Notes under the pieces: generated by a model
Seen by the model: the letters and a program-made list of their open reading frames with translations, nothing else
Told to the model about the DNA's origin: nothing
Database searches by the model: none
Shown: piece by piece, positions 9,486-20,430 of the stretch
How positions within the stretch are numbered: the stretch's first letter is position 1
Layout: the number at the start of each line of letters is the position of its first letter
From: Pseudomonadota bacterium
GTDB taxonomy: Bacteria; Pseudomonadota; Alphaproteobacteria; Rickettsiales; UBA1997
Assembly: GCA_040386195.1 (NCBI GenBank)
Contig: JAZKFV010000021.1
Coordinates: 8,923 to 72,922, forward strand
DNA length: 64,000 bases
Direction: 5' to 3'
Translations under genes and position numbers: made by a program

Positions 9486-11285
9486 ATGACCAAAAACAAA
9501 ATTGCTAATTACCAAATCACCGATCACGAATTTGACGTCCTAGTTGTTGGCGCTGGCGGCGCTGGTCTTCGCGCCACATTCGGTATGGCACAAAAAGGCC
9601 TAAATACCGCTTGCATTTCTAAAGTTTTCCCAACCAGATCACACACAGTTGCTGCTCAAGGCGGAATTTCTGCGGCACTAGGAAATATGGGTGAAGACGA
9701 TTGGAGATGGCATATGTATGATACCGTCAAAGGTTCGGATTGGCTTGGAGATCAAGATGCGATTGAATATATGTGCAAAGAAGCACCTGATGCAATTATT
9801 GAGCTTGAACATTACGGCGTTCCATTTTCCAGAACCAAAGATGGAAAAATCTATCAACGTCCTTTTGGCGGAATGACCAAAGAATTCGGAGAAGGTGGCG
9901 CTGCTCAACGCACTTGCGCTGCAGCTGATCGAACTGGTCACGCAATTCTTCACACTCTTTATCAGCAATCTTTAAAACATAATGCTCAATTTTTTATTGA
10001 ATATTTCGCGCTTGATTTAATTATGATTGACGGAGTTTGCCGTGGCGTGATTGCTTTATCAATGGTTGATGGAACAATTCATCGTTTCAAAGCGCATATT
10101 GTTGTGTTAGCAACTGGCGGTTATGGTCGCGCTTATTTTTCTGCCACATCGGCGCACACTTGCACCGGAGATGGTAATGCTATGGTTCTTCGCGCTGGCT
10201 TACCTTTACAAGATATGGAATTCGTTCAATTTCACCCAACTGGTATTTATGGCGCCGGCTGCTTGATTACTGAAGGCGCTAGAGGTGAGGGTGGATATTT
10301 GGTAAATTCTGAAGGTGAAAGATTTATGGAAAGATATGCGCCATCAGCTAAAGATCTAGCTTCACGCGATGTTGTTTCTCGGGCAATGACTATGGAAATC
10401 AACGCCGGACGTGGTGTTGGTGAGCATAAAGATCACATCTATCTACATCTTGATCATTTAGATCCAAAAACTCTTCACGAAAAACTTCCAGGCATTTCTG
10501 AAAGCGCTAAAATTTTTGCCGGCGTTGATGTGACCAAACAACCAATTCCAGTTCTGCCAACTGTTCACTATAATATGGGCGGCATTCCAACTAATTATAA
10601 AGGTGAAGTTGTTAATCTAAAAAATGGCAAATTAGAAATTGTTTCAGGCTTGATGGCAATTGGTGAAGCAGCTTGCGTTTCGGTTCACGGCGCTAATCGC
10701 TTGGGATCAAACTCACTTTTGGATTTAGTAGTATTTGGCAGAGCCGCAGCAATTCAAGCGCGCAAGCTGGTAGAACCAAAAACCCCTCATCAAGATTTTG
10801 CCAATAATGTTGGTGAAAATGCTATTAACAGATTAGAAAAAATTCGCACCTCAAAAGGCAAATTGCCAACCTCTAAAATCAGGCTGGATATGCAAAAATG
10901 TATGCAAAACCACGCCGCAGTATTCAGAACCGAAAAGGTTTTGGAAGAAGGTAAAGATAAAATTCTTGAGATTTACAAATCATTTGAAGATCTGGGAATT
11001 TCTGATCGCGGATTGGTTTGGAATAGTGATTTGATTGAGGCTTTAGAACTTGATAATCTAAGATCTCAAGCCATCGTCACTATGAACTCGGCTTTAAATA
11101 GAAAAGAAAGCCGCGGCGCCCATGCTCGCGATGATTATAAAGATCGCGATGATGAAAATTGGTTGAAGCACACCATTGTTTGGTTAGATGAAAGTGGCGA
11201 AACTAAAATTGATTATCGCGAAGTAATATTGAAGCCTTTAACTAACGAGGTGCAAAGCTTTCCACCAAAAAAACGTGTTTATTAA
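9486..11285 (+). CDS. sdhA: Succinate dehydrogenase flavoprotein subunit
   Basis: [34 protein letters not shown]. Confidence 0.98.
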   Translation: MTKNKIANYQITDHEFDVLVVGAGGAGLRATFGMAQKGLNTACISKVFPTRSHTVAAQGGISAALGNMGEDDWRWHMYDTVKGSDWLGDQDAIEYMCKEAPDAIIELEHYGVPFSRTKDGKIYQRPFGGMTKEFGEGGAAQRTCAAADRTGHAILHTLYQQSLKHNAQFFIEYFALDLIMIDGVCRGVIALSMVDGTIHRFKAHIVVLATGGYGRAYFSATSAHTCTGDGNAMVLRAGLPLQDMEFVQFHPTGIYGAGCLITEGARGEGGYLVNSEGERFMERYAPSAKDLASRDVVSRAMTMEINAGRGVGEHKDHIYLHLDHLDPKTLHEKLPGISESAKIFAGVDVTKQPIPVLPTVHYNMGGIPTNYKGEVVNLKNGKLEIVSGLMAIGEAACVSVHGANRLGSNSLLDLVVFGRAAAIQARKLVEPKTPHQDFANNVGENAINRLEKIRTSKGKLPTSKIRLDMQKCMQNHAAVFRTEKVLEEGKDKILEIYKSFEDLGISDRGLVWNSDLIEALELDNLRSQAIVTMNSALNRKESRGAHARDDYKDRDDENWLKHTIVWLDESGETKIDYREVILKPLTNEVQSFPPKKRVY

Positions 11286-11303
11286 AAAATAATAAATGTT
11301 CAT

Positions 11304-11735
11304 ATGATAAAAAAATTATCACTGCTTTTAATCGTTCTTATTATTTCAAAAAACAGCTGGGCTGCTGAACAAGAAATATTAATCAAAACTAGTCAAGATT
11401 GGAGTGGTCAAGAACTAACTTATCCCAAGCGTCAAACTGAATTAACAACTCTTCGCATTACAATCGCACCTCAAGAAATTATTCCGTTTCATTGTCACCA
11501 AGTTGCGTTGTTTGGCTATGTTTTATCTGGCAGCGTTCAAGTTGAAACGATGAGCGGAAAAAAAGAAACTCTTAAAAAAGGCGAAACTTTGGTTGAAGTT
11601 CAAAATACTTGGCATCGAGGTTTCAACCCTTCTAAAAGCAAAAATACTGAAATAGTATTATTTTATGTTGGCTCAAAAGGTGTCGATAACGCAATCATTT
11701 ATAACGAAGTCAATAAAGGCAAATGTCACGAATAA
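11304..11735 (+). CDS. Exported cupin-domain protein
   Basis: Signal peptide; cupin motifs PFHCH...GYVLSG and GE..VE....WHRG.N. Confidence 0.8.
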   Translation: MIKKLSLLLIVLIISKNSWAAEQEILIKTSQDWSGQELTYPKRQTELTTLRITIAPQEIIPFHCHQVALFGYVLSGSVQVETMSGKKETLKKGETLVEVQNTWHRGFNPSKSKNTEIVLFYVGSKGVDNAIIYNEVNKGKCHE

Positions 11736-11776
11736 CTAATTTTATTAATTCTTTAAAAATCGCATCCAAATAATTT

Positions 11777-12571
11777 ATGGTACAATTATCACTTCCTTCC
11801 AACTCTAAAATTGATAAAAAAATTGGTAAATTCTATCCAGCAAGCGTAGGTGCCAAAAATATCAAAACCGTTGAGATTTATCGTTACGATCCGGAAGATA
11901 AAGATCAAAAAAATCCCCACATTGATCGCTTTGAAATTGATTTAGATAAATGTGGTCCCATGGTTTTAGATATTCTGATCAAAATTAAAGGTGAACAAGA
12001 TAGTTCACTAACTTTCCGCCGCTCTTGTCGTGAAGGTATTTGCGGCTCTTGCTCGATGAATATTGACGGCACCAACACTCTGGCTTGCACTAAACCAATT
12101 TCTGAATGTAAAAGTGATGTGATAAAAATTTATCCATTGCCTCATATGCCAGTTATCAAAGATTTGGTTTCTGACTTAACTCATTTCTATGACCAATATG
12201 AGTCAATTAAACCTTGGTTACAAGCATCAGAGCCAACTTCTGGCAAAGAAAGATTACAATCCCCAGAAGATCGTGAAAAATTAGACGGTTTATATGAATG
12301 TATTTTGTGCGCTTGCTGCTCAACCTCTTGCCCTAGCTATTGGTGGAACGGCGACAAATATTTAGGCCCAGCAACTTTATTACAAGCATATCGTTTTATT
12401 GCCGATTCTAGAGATGAAGCGACCGATGAAAGATTGGATGCGCTTGAAGATCCATTCAAACTTTATCGTTGTCACACAATTATGAACTGCACCAACACTT
12501 GCCCGAAAGGTTTAAACCCTGCGAAGGCGATTGGTAGTATCAAGCAAATGATTGCTGATCGAAAAGCTTAA
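11777..12571 (+). CDS. sdhB: Succinate dehydrogenase iron-sulfur subunit
   Basis: [34 protein letters not shown]. Confidence 0.98.
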   Translation: MVQLSLPSNSKIDKKIGKFYPASVGAKNIKTVEIYRYDPEDKDQKNPHIDRFEIDLDKCGPMVLDILIKIKGEQDSSLTFRRSCREGICGSCSMNIDGTNTLACTKPISECKSDVIKIYPLPHMPVIKDLVSDLTHFYDQYESIKPWLQASEPTSGKERLQSPEDREKLDGLYECILCACCSTSCPSYWWNGDKYLGPATLLQAYRFIADSRDEATDERLDALEDPFKLYRCHTIMNCTNTCPKGLNPAKAIGSIKQMIADRKA

Positions 12572-12591
12572 TAACAAATCTTATCTAATTT

Positions 12592-14169
12592 ATGCCATAT
12601 TTTACTGACCCAATAAGTAAAAAAGAAATTGAAATTCCACCAACAATTTCTTTTAGCGCAAATTCTGATCCAAAAATCTTAACATTTTTAGAACCAAAAA
12701 CCAAAGGCGGTGCTGTTGGAGGAGTTTATCAAGGTGAGAATAACAAAAAATATATAATCAAATTCAGCGCTGATAGTCCTTATAGTGGTCCTTATAAGGA
12801 AACTTTATTTAATGATTTAGCCAGAATTTGTTTTGGCAGCGATTCCGTGGCAGAAGAAACCCTGATTGGTTACGGTAGATTTGGCGATAATCAAAATGTC
12901 CCATGTATAATTTCCAGCATAATTCCCGATTATAAAGATATTGCTAACTTTGGTGAGAACACGCCGGAAGGGGTAGGCAAGAAAAAAATACACGCTCAAA
13001 AATTTCATAGTTTTTATGTTTGGTGTGCCTTAGTTGGTTATGATGATTTAAACGAAGGTAATTTTGGCCTATGTGGAGAAGGTAAAACTCCGGCATTAAT
13101 TGATTGGGGTTTTCATCCTAATTTTCTTCATTCTGAACAAAGAGATCATCAAAGTATTGTTTTTAACTTAGTATCACTGGTTTCGCACTATGCGCCAGCT
13201 ATGATGCAATTGGTTAGAAGAAGATATTTTGGTTATGATCAATTATTAAACCCGCTCGATAAATCAGATCCGGAAAAACCGCAGGAAATTAGTTATTATT
13301 CAATACTTGCCGGAGTAAAAAATATCATTGATAAACAAGATGCTATTTTTGAGGAAATTCAAAAATTACAAGAAAGATTAAAAGATGAGCCAATTCCTGA
13401 TGAACAAAAAGAAGAGCTAGGAAAATTTTTAAATAATTTTCAAATGATGCTTCAAGAAAGAATTGATTGGATGCAAGCTAATTTTTTTAGCGACATAAAA
13501 TTGATGGGAGAGAAACGGCAGGAATTTACTGATCTTAAATGGCGAAAAACACCAAAGTTTCGTGAGCTTGTAGAGCAAGAATCTGTAAGCTCCAAACAAT
13601 ATGCAGCCAAAGCTTATCAGCAAAATTTGGAAGATTTATGTGCCGTAGTTGGTTGTAAAAATGAGCAAGAACTTTTGGATAAAACTTTAGATGAAGAGGA
13701 AAAATTAAAATTAAAAAATTTTATTAATGATCGAGATAAGTCACTGGATAAAAAATTTGTTCTCCATCACGCAGTTATGAATAATGATGTTGGGATGGTA
13801 AAATGGCTTTTCGATAATGATTTAGCCAATATCAATCAAATCTATTCGAGCAGAAAACACAACTATCACAATTTCAGATTAACCCCATTAAATATGGCAA
13901 TTGGCATTGCTTGCGATAAGATGGTTTATAGCCCAGATAAAAATTCTTATGAGGAAATGATTGATGTTTTAAGAGGGGAATTCTTTAAAAAAAATGGCCA
14001 AAATTTTAATAAAGATGCAAAATATGATGGTGATCAATTATCAATAGAACTTACATTTCTTGGTAATTACAGATATAAATTAGCAAGATCTGAAATAGAA
14101 AATCAGGCGGCAACAATTATTAAAAAAGCAGTTAAACAAAAATTACAAGAGAATACAAAACAGCTATGA
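12592..14169 (+). CDS. Atypical kinase-fold protein with C-terminal ankyrin-like repeats (effector candidate)
   Basis: Gly loop KGGAVGGVY, YIIK, Glu in PYKE, catalytic loop DDLNEGNFG, LIDWG; ankyrin-like VLHHAVMNNDVGMVKWLFDN..ANIN and LTPLNMAI. Confidence 0.6.
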   Translation: MPYFTDPISKKEIEIPPTISFSANSDPKILTFLEPKTKGGAVGGVYQGENNKKYIIKFSADSPYSGPYKETLFNDLARICFGSDSVAEETLIGYGRFGDNQNVPCIISSIIPDYKDIANFGENTPEGVGKKKIHAQKFHSFYVWCALVGYDDLNEGNFGLCGEGKTPALIDWGFHPNFLHSEQRDHQSIVFNLVSLVSHYAPAMMQLVRRRYFGYDQLLNPLDKSDPEKPQEISYYSILAGVKNIIDKQDAIFEEIQKLQERLKDEPIPDEQKEELGKFLNNFQMMLQERIDWMQANFFSDIKLMGEKRQEFTDLKWRKTPKFRELVEQESVSSKQYAAKAYQQNLEDLCAVVGCKNEQELLDKTLDEEEKLKLKNFINDRDKSLDKKFVLHHAVMNNDVGMVKWLFDNDLANINQIYSSRKHNYHNFRLTPLNMAIGIACDKMVYSPDKNSYEEMIDVLRGEFFKKNGQNFNKDAKYDGDQLSIELTFLGNYRYKLARSEIENQAATIIKKAVKQKLQENTKQL

Positions 14170-14987
14170 CAGATAAAAAAATTCTCTTTATTGGCTGCGG
14201 CAAAATGGGTTCGGCGATGATTAAAAATCTGCTGAATAATGGTTTTGAATATCCGCAACTTACTATTTTAAAACCAAGCAAAAAAAATCAAATTGTTGGC
14301 ATAAAATATGTTTCTTCTTATGAGCAACTTCCTAAAAATTATCAAGCCGATATTGTGGTTTTAGCTTTCAAACCACAGGCGGCGAAGGAAATTTTGTATG
14401 AATTTGCCAAAGGAAATATGGGTCACAAAATAATCAATTCCAAAACAATTATTGTTTCTATTTTAACTGGCAAACAAACCAAATTCTTTGAAGAAATTTT
14501 AGGTGAAAAAACTAAAGTGATTCGTTTAATGCCAAATATGCCAACCCTTATCAATCAAGGGATTTTTGGCTATTACGCTAATTCTAATATCAAAAAATCT
14601 GAACTTAAATCATTGAGTAATTTTCTAAACGCAATTGGGCAAAATATTGCGGTTGATGAAGAAAATTTAATTGATTCTGTCACCGCAGTTTCCGGCAGCG
14701 GCCCGGCTTATTTATTCTTGTTTATTAAGCTGATGATTGAAGCTGGAATTGATTTGGGGTTGGATAAAAAATCTGCTGAAAAATTAGTTAAACAAACTAT
14801 TTATGGCAGCGCCAAAATGGCGCTTCATTCCAATGAAGATTTAGAAACTTTAATTGAGTCGGTGACCAGCAAAGGCGGGACTACTCAGGCAGCTTTAGAT
14901 GTTTTGCATAAAAATAATCAATTCAAAAAAATTATTTTTGATACGGTCAAAGCAGCCAATAAAAAATCTTTAGATTTATCTAAATAA
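14166..14987 (+). CDS. proC: Pyrroline-5-carboxylate reductase
   Basis: IGCGKMG, LAFKPQ, RLMPN, AVSGSGPAY, VTSKGGTT. Confidence 0.96.
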   Translation: MTDKKILFIGCGKMGSAMIKNLLNNGFEYPQLTILKPSKKNQIVGIKYVSSYEQLPKNYQADIVVLAFKPQAAKEILYEFAKGNMGHKIINSKTIIVSILTGKQTKFFEEILGEKTKVIRLMPNMPTLINQGIFGYYANSNIKKSELKSLSNFLNAIGQNIAVDEENLIDSVTAVSGSGPAYLFLFIKLMIEAGIDLGLDKKSAEKLVKQTIYGSAKMALHSNEDLETLIESVTSKGGTTQAALDVLHKNNQFKKIIFDTVKAANKKSLDLSK

Positions 14988-15022
14988 AACAACAAACTAA
15001 ATCTTTTCTAATAGCAACTTGA

Positions 15023-15376
15023 TCATTTTATTTTGATTGGAGTTGATATCAGATAATCATCAATTCCCTTATTAAAATTATAAACGAATTCTAAAGAGCT
15101 GGTGGCGCTAATCAACCCTTGCTTAGTTTTGATCTTGCTCAAATAAAATAGGGCGTTGAGCGCTTGTCGATTAATGTTTTTAAATAAATCAATATTTTCA
15201 AAAATCTTATCTTCAGAAATGTTAAAAATTTCTGACATAATTTGACATAGTTCTGAATCGGCATATTTAGGAGAGTTTGATTCTCTTTTTTTGGGTCGCA
15301 ACTTTAAGTGGTCATTAAAGTTGCCAAGGGCTTTTTTTGTGGTGGCTTCAAAATTAGGTTTGTTTCGTGGTGTCAT
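15023..15376 (-). CDS. Hypothetical protein
   Basis: 117-aa ORF with ATG start; no motif recognised. Confidence 0.45.
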   Translation of the reverse strand: MTPRNKPNFEATTKKALGNFNDHLKLRPKKRESNSPKYADSELCQIMSEIFNISEDKIFENIDLFKNINRQALNALFYLSKIKTKQGLISATSSLEFVYNFNKGIDDYLISTPIKIK

Positions 15377-15679
15377 TATATATAATGTTTTGAGCTATTT
15401 TGTGGTGTGTCATTAATGATTGTCGGTTAATTTAATCTAAAAAAATTTCGTCGCAATTTCAATTTAGTAGAATTTGAACAAAAAAAATTCTACTGTAGGT
15501 TGAAATTTGATGAATTTAAGTTACAGAAAACAGAGCTTAAGCTGGGCAGAGGTTAAATCGCAGAAAAGCAGTGGCTATTTTTTAGCTTTACGCTTGCTTG
15601 ACTTGGTTTGTGAGTTGGAAATGAAAATGGAGAGGAAGAGAATAGCTGCTATGCAAAAATAGCAAAAACACAATCAAAA

Positions 15680-16489
15680 TTAATCTAATTTTTTAGTAAA
15701 AGATTTTTTAATAAAAATTAGCGCAATCAACAATCCAATAAAAATCAAAGGTAAGGATAATATTTGTCCCATAGTAACTTTTTCAAATAAAAAACCAATT
15801 TGACCATCAGGTTCACGAAACTGCTCAACAAAGATTCTGGCGCAACCATAAAGCATTAAAAATAATCCTGATAAAATTCCAGGCCTATCTTTTATTTTAG
15901 TAAATTTTGCCAGGCAAAACAAAATAATAAACAATAACAAACCTTCCAAAGCGGCTTCGTAAAGCTGACTGGGATGACGAGGCAATTGACCGGCATTGGG
16001 AAATATTACTCCAAAGTTAGAGCCGGTTACTCGACCATATAATTCCATATTAATAAAATTGGCAATTCTGCCGAAGAGCAAGCCAATGGGCGTGGCGATT
16101 GCTAAAATGTCGGTTAATTCCCAAAAATTAATTTTGTATTTTTTGCAAAAGAAAAACATTGAGATAATTGCTCCGAACAATCCGCCATGAAACGACATTC
16201 CGCCATGCCAAACCGCTAGAATTTGCAGCGGATGTTGTAAATAAAAACTAAAATTATAGAACAAAACATAACCCAACCTTCCTCCGGCAATAATGCCAAG
16301 AACCGCCCAGAACATCCAATCATCCCAAGCTTCTTTGCTCATAATTGGTTTTTTGTTATTAAAAAATTTTAACAAAAACCAAGTGAACAATATTCCTAAA
16401 ATGTAAGCTAAAGAATACCAGCGAATAGCTATTGAACCAATAGAGAAAATATTTGGATCAATGTTAGAAAGAGTAATTGGGAAATGCAT
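15680..16489 (-). CDS. lgt: Prolipoprotein diacylglyceryl transferase
   Basis: IRWYSLAY, GGRLGYVLFY, GGMSFHGG, GRIANFIN.ELYGR, RHPSQLYE. Confidence 0.97.
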   Translation of the reverse strand: MHFPITLSNIDPNIFSIGSIAIRWYSLAYILGILFTWFLLKFFNNKKPIMSKEAWDDWMFWAVLGIIAGGRLGYVLFYNFSFYLQHPLQILAVWHGGMSFHGGLFGAIISMFFFCKKYKINFWELTDILAIATPIGLLFGRIANFINMELYGRVTGSNFGVIFPNAGQLPRHPSQLYEAALEGLLLFIILFCLAKFTKIKDRPGILSGLFLMLYGCARIFVEQFREPDGQIGFLFEKVTMGQILSLPLIFIGLLIALIFIKKSFTKKLD

Positions 16490-16503
16490 AAATTTAATTA
16501 TTG

Positions 16504-16980
16504 TTATCGACCTTTATATTCAGGAACATTTTGATTTTTTATCCAAACATTTTTTGGAGGCAAACCAGTTTGATAAAAAATATCAATAGGAATTCCGCCG
16601 CGCGGGTACCAATATCCGCCAATTCGCAGCCATTTTGGATTTAATAATTTTTGTAAATCTTTAGCAATTTGAATTGTGCAATCCTCATGAAAAGCGCCGT
16701 GATTGCGATAACTCACTAAATATAATTTTAGTGATTTGCTTTCAACAATGTAATTTTTAGGAATGTAATCAATAACCAAATGAGCAAAATCTGGTTGACC
16801 AGTGACAGGACAAATTGAGGTAAATTCTGGGCAGGTTAGGGTGATTACATAATCAACATCTGGGTGTGGATTATCTGCTTTTTCTAAAGTTTTTAAATTG
16901 GGGGTTGAATATTGATAATTGGTTATTTTTCCAAGCTTGGAGCCAAGTTTGGAGAGATTATTTTTTTTATTTGAAACCAT
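16504..16980 (-). CDS. queF: NADPH-dependent 7-cyano-7-deazaguanine reductase
   Basis: [35 protein letters not shown]. Confidence 0.96.
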   Translation of the reverse strand: MVSNKKNNLSKLGSKLGKITNYQYSTPNLKTLEKADNPHPDVDYVITLTCPEFTSICPVTGQPDFAHLVIDYIPKNYIVESKSLKLYLVSYRNHGAFHEDCTIQIAKDLQKLLNPKWLRIGGYWYPRGGIPIDIFYQTGLPPKNVWIKNQNVPEYKGR

Positions 16981-17065
16981 GCGAATTTTTCGGTAAAATT
17001 AATTAAAACTTATAGTAATTTAAGTTGCTAAAACTTAAATTACTAGCAACTTAAAAAGTGAAATA

Positions 17066-17311
17066 TTGATGCTCAAAAAAATATTTATTTTTCCAATTAA
17101 AATCTATCAACTGATCATTTCGCCAGCAATCGGCGGTTATCGATGTTGCCGTTTTACGCCAACTTGTTCACATTACACAATTGAAGCAATTGAAAAGTTG
17201 GGAATATTCAAAGGATTATTTTTTGCAACATTAAGAATATTAAGATGCAACCCTTGGGGCGGCAGCGGTTATGATCCGGTTCATATTAAAGACAACAAGA
17301 ATAAAAGTTAA
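17066..17311 (+). CDS. yidD: Membrane protein insertion efficiency factor YidD
   Basis: YQLIISP, CRFTPTCSHY, RILRCNPWGGSGYDPV. Confidence 0.95.
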   Translation: MMLKKIFIFPIKIYQLIISPAIGGYRCCRFTPTCSHYTIEAIEKLGIFKGLFFATLRILRCNPWGGSGYDPVHIKDNKNKS

Positions 17312-18754
17312 ATGTATCACATTCTTTTAAGCTTCATGCTCATTGCAAGTCAGAATCAAATCAGGCAGGCAGAAAAATATCTGGAGCAACAAAAAAACCA
17401 TCCCAAAAAAATTATTCAAACCACAAAAAACGATGCAAAAATAGATCTTATTGCTGAGTTAACTAAGCAAAAAGAATTAGAAGATGACGCCTTCAAGCCG
17501 GATTTAGAATCTCTTGGTCTTGACCAAATAGACAATTCCAAGCCGGTACAAAATGTTGATAAGCAGAAAAATAAAACGCCTGAAAATCTTATAGCGACAG
17601 AAAATTTGCCTGATGTTGCTATTAAAGCTGACGATTCTTCAAAAAAAGATTCTTCCCAAAAAATTAAATCATCTATCTCAGAAATTTTACCCATATCATC
17701 AACAAAAACAAAAGCTGTTAAGGCAGATGAGCAAAAGGTTCAGACTGCTCAGAAAGAGAAAATAAAAACCCAAGGTGCTGATTTGAGTGTCAAAAAAATA
17801 ACAGAAAAATCAGACGCAAGTAAGGAAGTAAAAATTTCAGCAATTGCTGCAAAACCACTTGATAAAATCAAGGGATTGATTGATAAAAAATCAGAAGAAA
17901 TAAAGCCTGAGCAAGTAATAATTGACCAAGAAAAGATTGAAAAAAGAAAGGCCAATCAAGTTGCTCTTGTTGAGTTAAAACAAAAACAGAAATCAAAAAA
18001 ATTAGAAGATTTACGACAAAAATATTTAAGCAAAAATGAAGATAATGACGTTTATGAAGGAATAAACCGTTATCAAACAATTAGCAAAATTGTTCCTCGA
18101 GAAAAAATTCCACCCAAATTTATGAATAGCGAAGTGCCACCACCACTTTTGAATCGGTTTCGCGGTGAGGAAAATAAGCATCATCCGGTGATTATGAGTA
18201 ATTCTGAGAAAGTTAATTTTATGTTTAAGGCAATCGCTGAAAATAAAATTGACGAGTTCAACTCTTTATATTCACTAGTTAAAGATCCTAATATAAAAAA
18301 TTCTTTTGGAGATACGTTGCTGACTTTTGCGGTTCTGATGCGCAGGCATGATGCGGTTGCTAGCCTTTTATCCAAAGGAGCTGATCCAGATTTAGCTAAT
18401 GATCTGGGTTATACGCCACTTAATATCGCAATTGAAATGGTTGATTATCAATCAGCATCAACCTTGGTTGATATGGGTGCCAAAGTTAATTTGATTGATG
18501 ATTTGGGCAGAACTTATCTGATGCAATCATGCAGAGTTGGCTCTCTGCAAATTACCGATTTGTTGATCAGTAGAGGCGTCGATATTAATCTTACCGATAG
18601 AAACGGAACTACCGCTCTAGCTATCGCTTATAAACATAAGAAAGATATTATTGCTAAATACTTACTAAAATATGGCGCGAAGAGTTGGGTTAAAAAAGGT
18701 TATGAAGATAATGACACATCGATGATTGAAGATTTGTTTAATAAGTGGAAATAA
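17312..18754 (+). CDS. Ankyrin-repeat protein with Lys/Glu-rich low-complexity N-terminal half
   Basis: GDTLLTFAV, GYTPLNIAI, GRTYLMQSC and GTTALAIAY repeats. Confidence 0.85.
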   Translation: MYHILLSFMLIASQNQIRQAEKYLEQQKNHPKKIIQTTKNDAKIDLIAELTKQKELEDDAFKPDLESLGLDQIDNSKPVQNVDKQKNKTPENLIATENLPDVAIKADDSSKKDSSQKIKSSISEILPISSTKTKAVKADEQKVQTAQKEKIKTQGADLSVKKITEKSDASKEVKISAIAAKPLDKIKGLIDKKSEEIKPEQVIIDQEKIEKRKANQVALVELKQKQKSKKLEDLRQKYLSKNEDNDVYEGINRYQTISKIVPREKIPPKFMNSEVPPPLLNRFRGEENKHHPVIMSNSEKVNFMFKAIAENKIDEFNSLYSLVKDPNIKNSFGDTLLTFAVLMRRHDAVASLLSKGADPDLANDLGYTPLNIAIEMVDYQSASTLVDMGAKVNLIDDLGRTYLMQSCRVGSLQITDLLISRGVDINLTDRNGTTALAIAYKHKKDIIAKYLLKYGAKSWVKKGYEDNDTSMIEDLFNKWK

Positions 18755-18852
18755 ACGAAATAAAAGTTTATTTTTTGATTGCTATAACTAAGATATTTTT
18801 CTAACTTCAGTCATCAAAATTTTTTACTAAAAAAGTATTAAAATTATAAAAA

Positions 18853-20361
18853 TTGCACTCTCAATATAAAAGCAAAAATCCCAACAAAATAAAGCTTCGC
18901 AGCACTTTTTTTTATACAAAAAAAATGCTCTTGCCAAGTGCTGCACTTTTTTTATTTTTTGCAGTAATTTTTTCTAACAACATTAAAGCTCAAATTGTCA
19001 ATATTATCAGTGAAGATGGCGATGGAATAGTTGGAATTACATCTTTAATGAATGCAACGATAAACGAGGATGTTCAATCGGTAAAATTTTTTGCTAAATC
19101 CGGAATTACAGCTGTAAATCAAAAAAATATCGGCGGGGCAACAGCGCTACATATCGCCGCTCGCAATGGCAATGTGCAGATCGCTGAAATTCTTATTGAA
19201 AATGGTGCCAACGTTAATGTCGCTGATAATGAGGGCTGGACACCATTAATGCGCGCAGCATTGAATAAAAATTCAGAGTTAATAAAAATATTTCTAAACG
19301 CCGGAGCTAACGCTAGAAAAATGAATTCGCTTGGAGAAACAGCAATAATCCACGCCACTTCTTCAGGTTGTTTAGATTGTTTGGAGCAACTATTTTCTAG
19401 ATATAATTTTGTAGAAAATACTGACGTAGATACGCTTAAAAAACAGCTTGAGTTAGCAATTATTATTGCTAACAATAAAAATAATACTGAAATTGAAGCG
19501 CTGATCCGAGAATATATGGGTGGAGAGGTTATCAAAAACAAAATATATAATTTTGCTACTCAAGGCAATAATTCAGAAATGCCAGTTATGGTCAATGACA
19601 ACATTGATAATGACGGCGTTGTCATAGTTAGATCATTAGACGGTAAAAATACCTCTTACAAATTCAATAAATTAGCCACAGAAAAAAGAAGTGTGGTTGA
19701 TAATCAAAATAAAAAACCGATATATAAATTCTTAGCAAAAAAAGATCAGATCATACCGCCACAGAACAATGAAATTAGAGACTCAAGCAACATACCAACA
19801 GCCGCAGCTACCACTTCCAAACTAGAAAACAGCAAGAGTTTTATTTTTAAAGGTAATAAAAAGTTTTATACACCTTTCATATCCACGACCGAACCAGAGT
19901 CCACTAAAGTTATTCAGGAAAACGTTGGTAATGGTGGGTCTTCTAAGAATTTCATAGATGATCAGAAGATGAAAAAAAATATTATCAACAACACAATCTC
20001 TCTCAGCCCTCCAACCCAGATTTCCAGTGATACCAAAGCAGAAAATAAAAAGCCAAAATATAGTTTTTTGGGTCAAAAATCGTCAGCTCCAGTAACTAAA
20101 CAAAACGAATCAAACATTAAGCAAGAACCTCAAAATTTAGAATCCAAATCGAATTATCATTTTAAAATTAATTCACAAAACTCTAATATTTCAAATCAAG
20201 CTTTATCTGATAAGAAGCCTATTGATAAGGATAAAAATACTATGGATAATCAACCTCTCAATAATGGTGAGTCACAAAAAGAAATAAAATCATCAAATCA
20301 AGAAAGTCCAAATCTCCCTGCAAAAGAGGAAATAAACCAACACAATCCATCAGCAGAGTAG
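18853..20361 (+). CDS. Exported ankyrin-repeat protein with disordered Asn/Lys/Ser-rich C-terminus
   Basis: Hydrophobic signal segment; GITSLMNA, GATALHIAA, GWTPLMRAA, GETAIIHA. True start uncertain (TTG 18853 or ATG 18925). Confidence 0.85.
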   Translation: MHSQYKSKNPNKIKLRSTFFYTKKMLLPSAALFLFFAVIFSNNIKAQIVNIISEDGDGIVGITSLMNATINEDVQSVKFFAKSGITAVNQKNIGGATALHIAARNGNVQIAEILIENGANVNVADNEGWTPLMRAALNKNSELIKIFLNAGANARKMNSLGETAIIHATSSGCLDCLEQLFSRYNFVENTDVDTLKKQLELAIIIANNKNNTEIEALIREYMGGEVIKNKIYNFATQGNNSEMPVMVNDNIDNDGVVIVRSLDGKNTSYKFNKLATEKRSVVDNQNKKPIYKFLAKKDQIIPPQNNEIRDSSNIPTAAATTSKLENSKSFIFKGNKKFYTPFISTTEPESTKVIQENVGNGGSSKNFIDDQKMKKNIINNTISLSPPTQISSDTKAENKKPKYSFLGQKSSAPVTKQNESNIKQEPQNLESKSNYHFKINSQNSNISNQALSDKKPIDKDKNTMDNQPLNNGESQKEIKSSNQESPNLPAKEEINQHNPSAE

Positions 20362-20400
20362 GCGGCTTTTGATAAAATTCGCTTGATGACGGACGCAACT

Positions 20401-20430
20401 TCCTTCCTACATTTTTCCTTCCTACATTTT
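20401..20430. repeat. 15-bp tandem repeat, two copies (TCCTTCCTACATTTT)
   Basis: Two exact adjacent copies. Confidence 0.8.

Noticed and set aside
14100-14169. Shared C-terminal secretion signal between the two effector candidates
   Set aside because: Only a vague KL plus polar/basic tail similarity in two examples.
15485-15500. AAATTCTACTGTAGGT resembles a Cas12a direct repeat
   Set aside because: Single imperfect copy, with no spacers and no cas genes. No CRISPR array was seen in the window.
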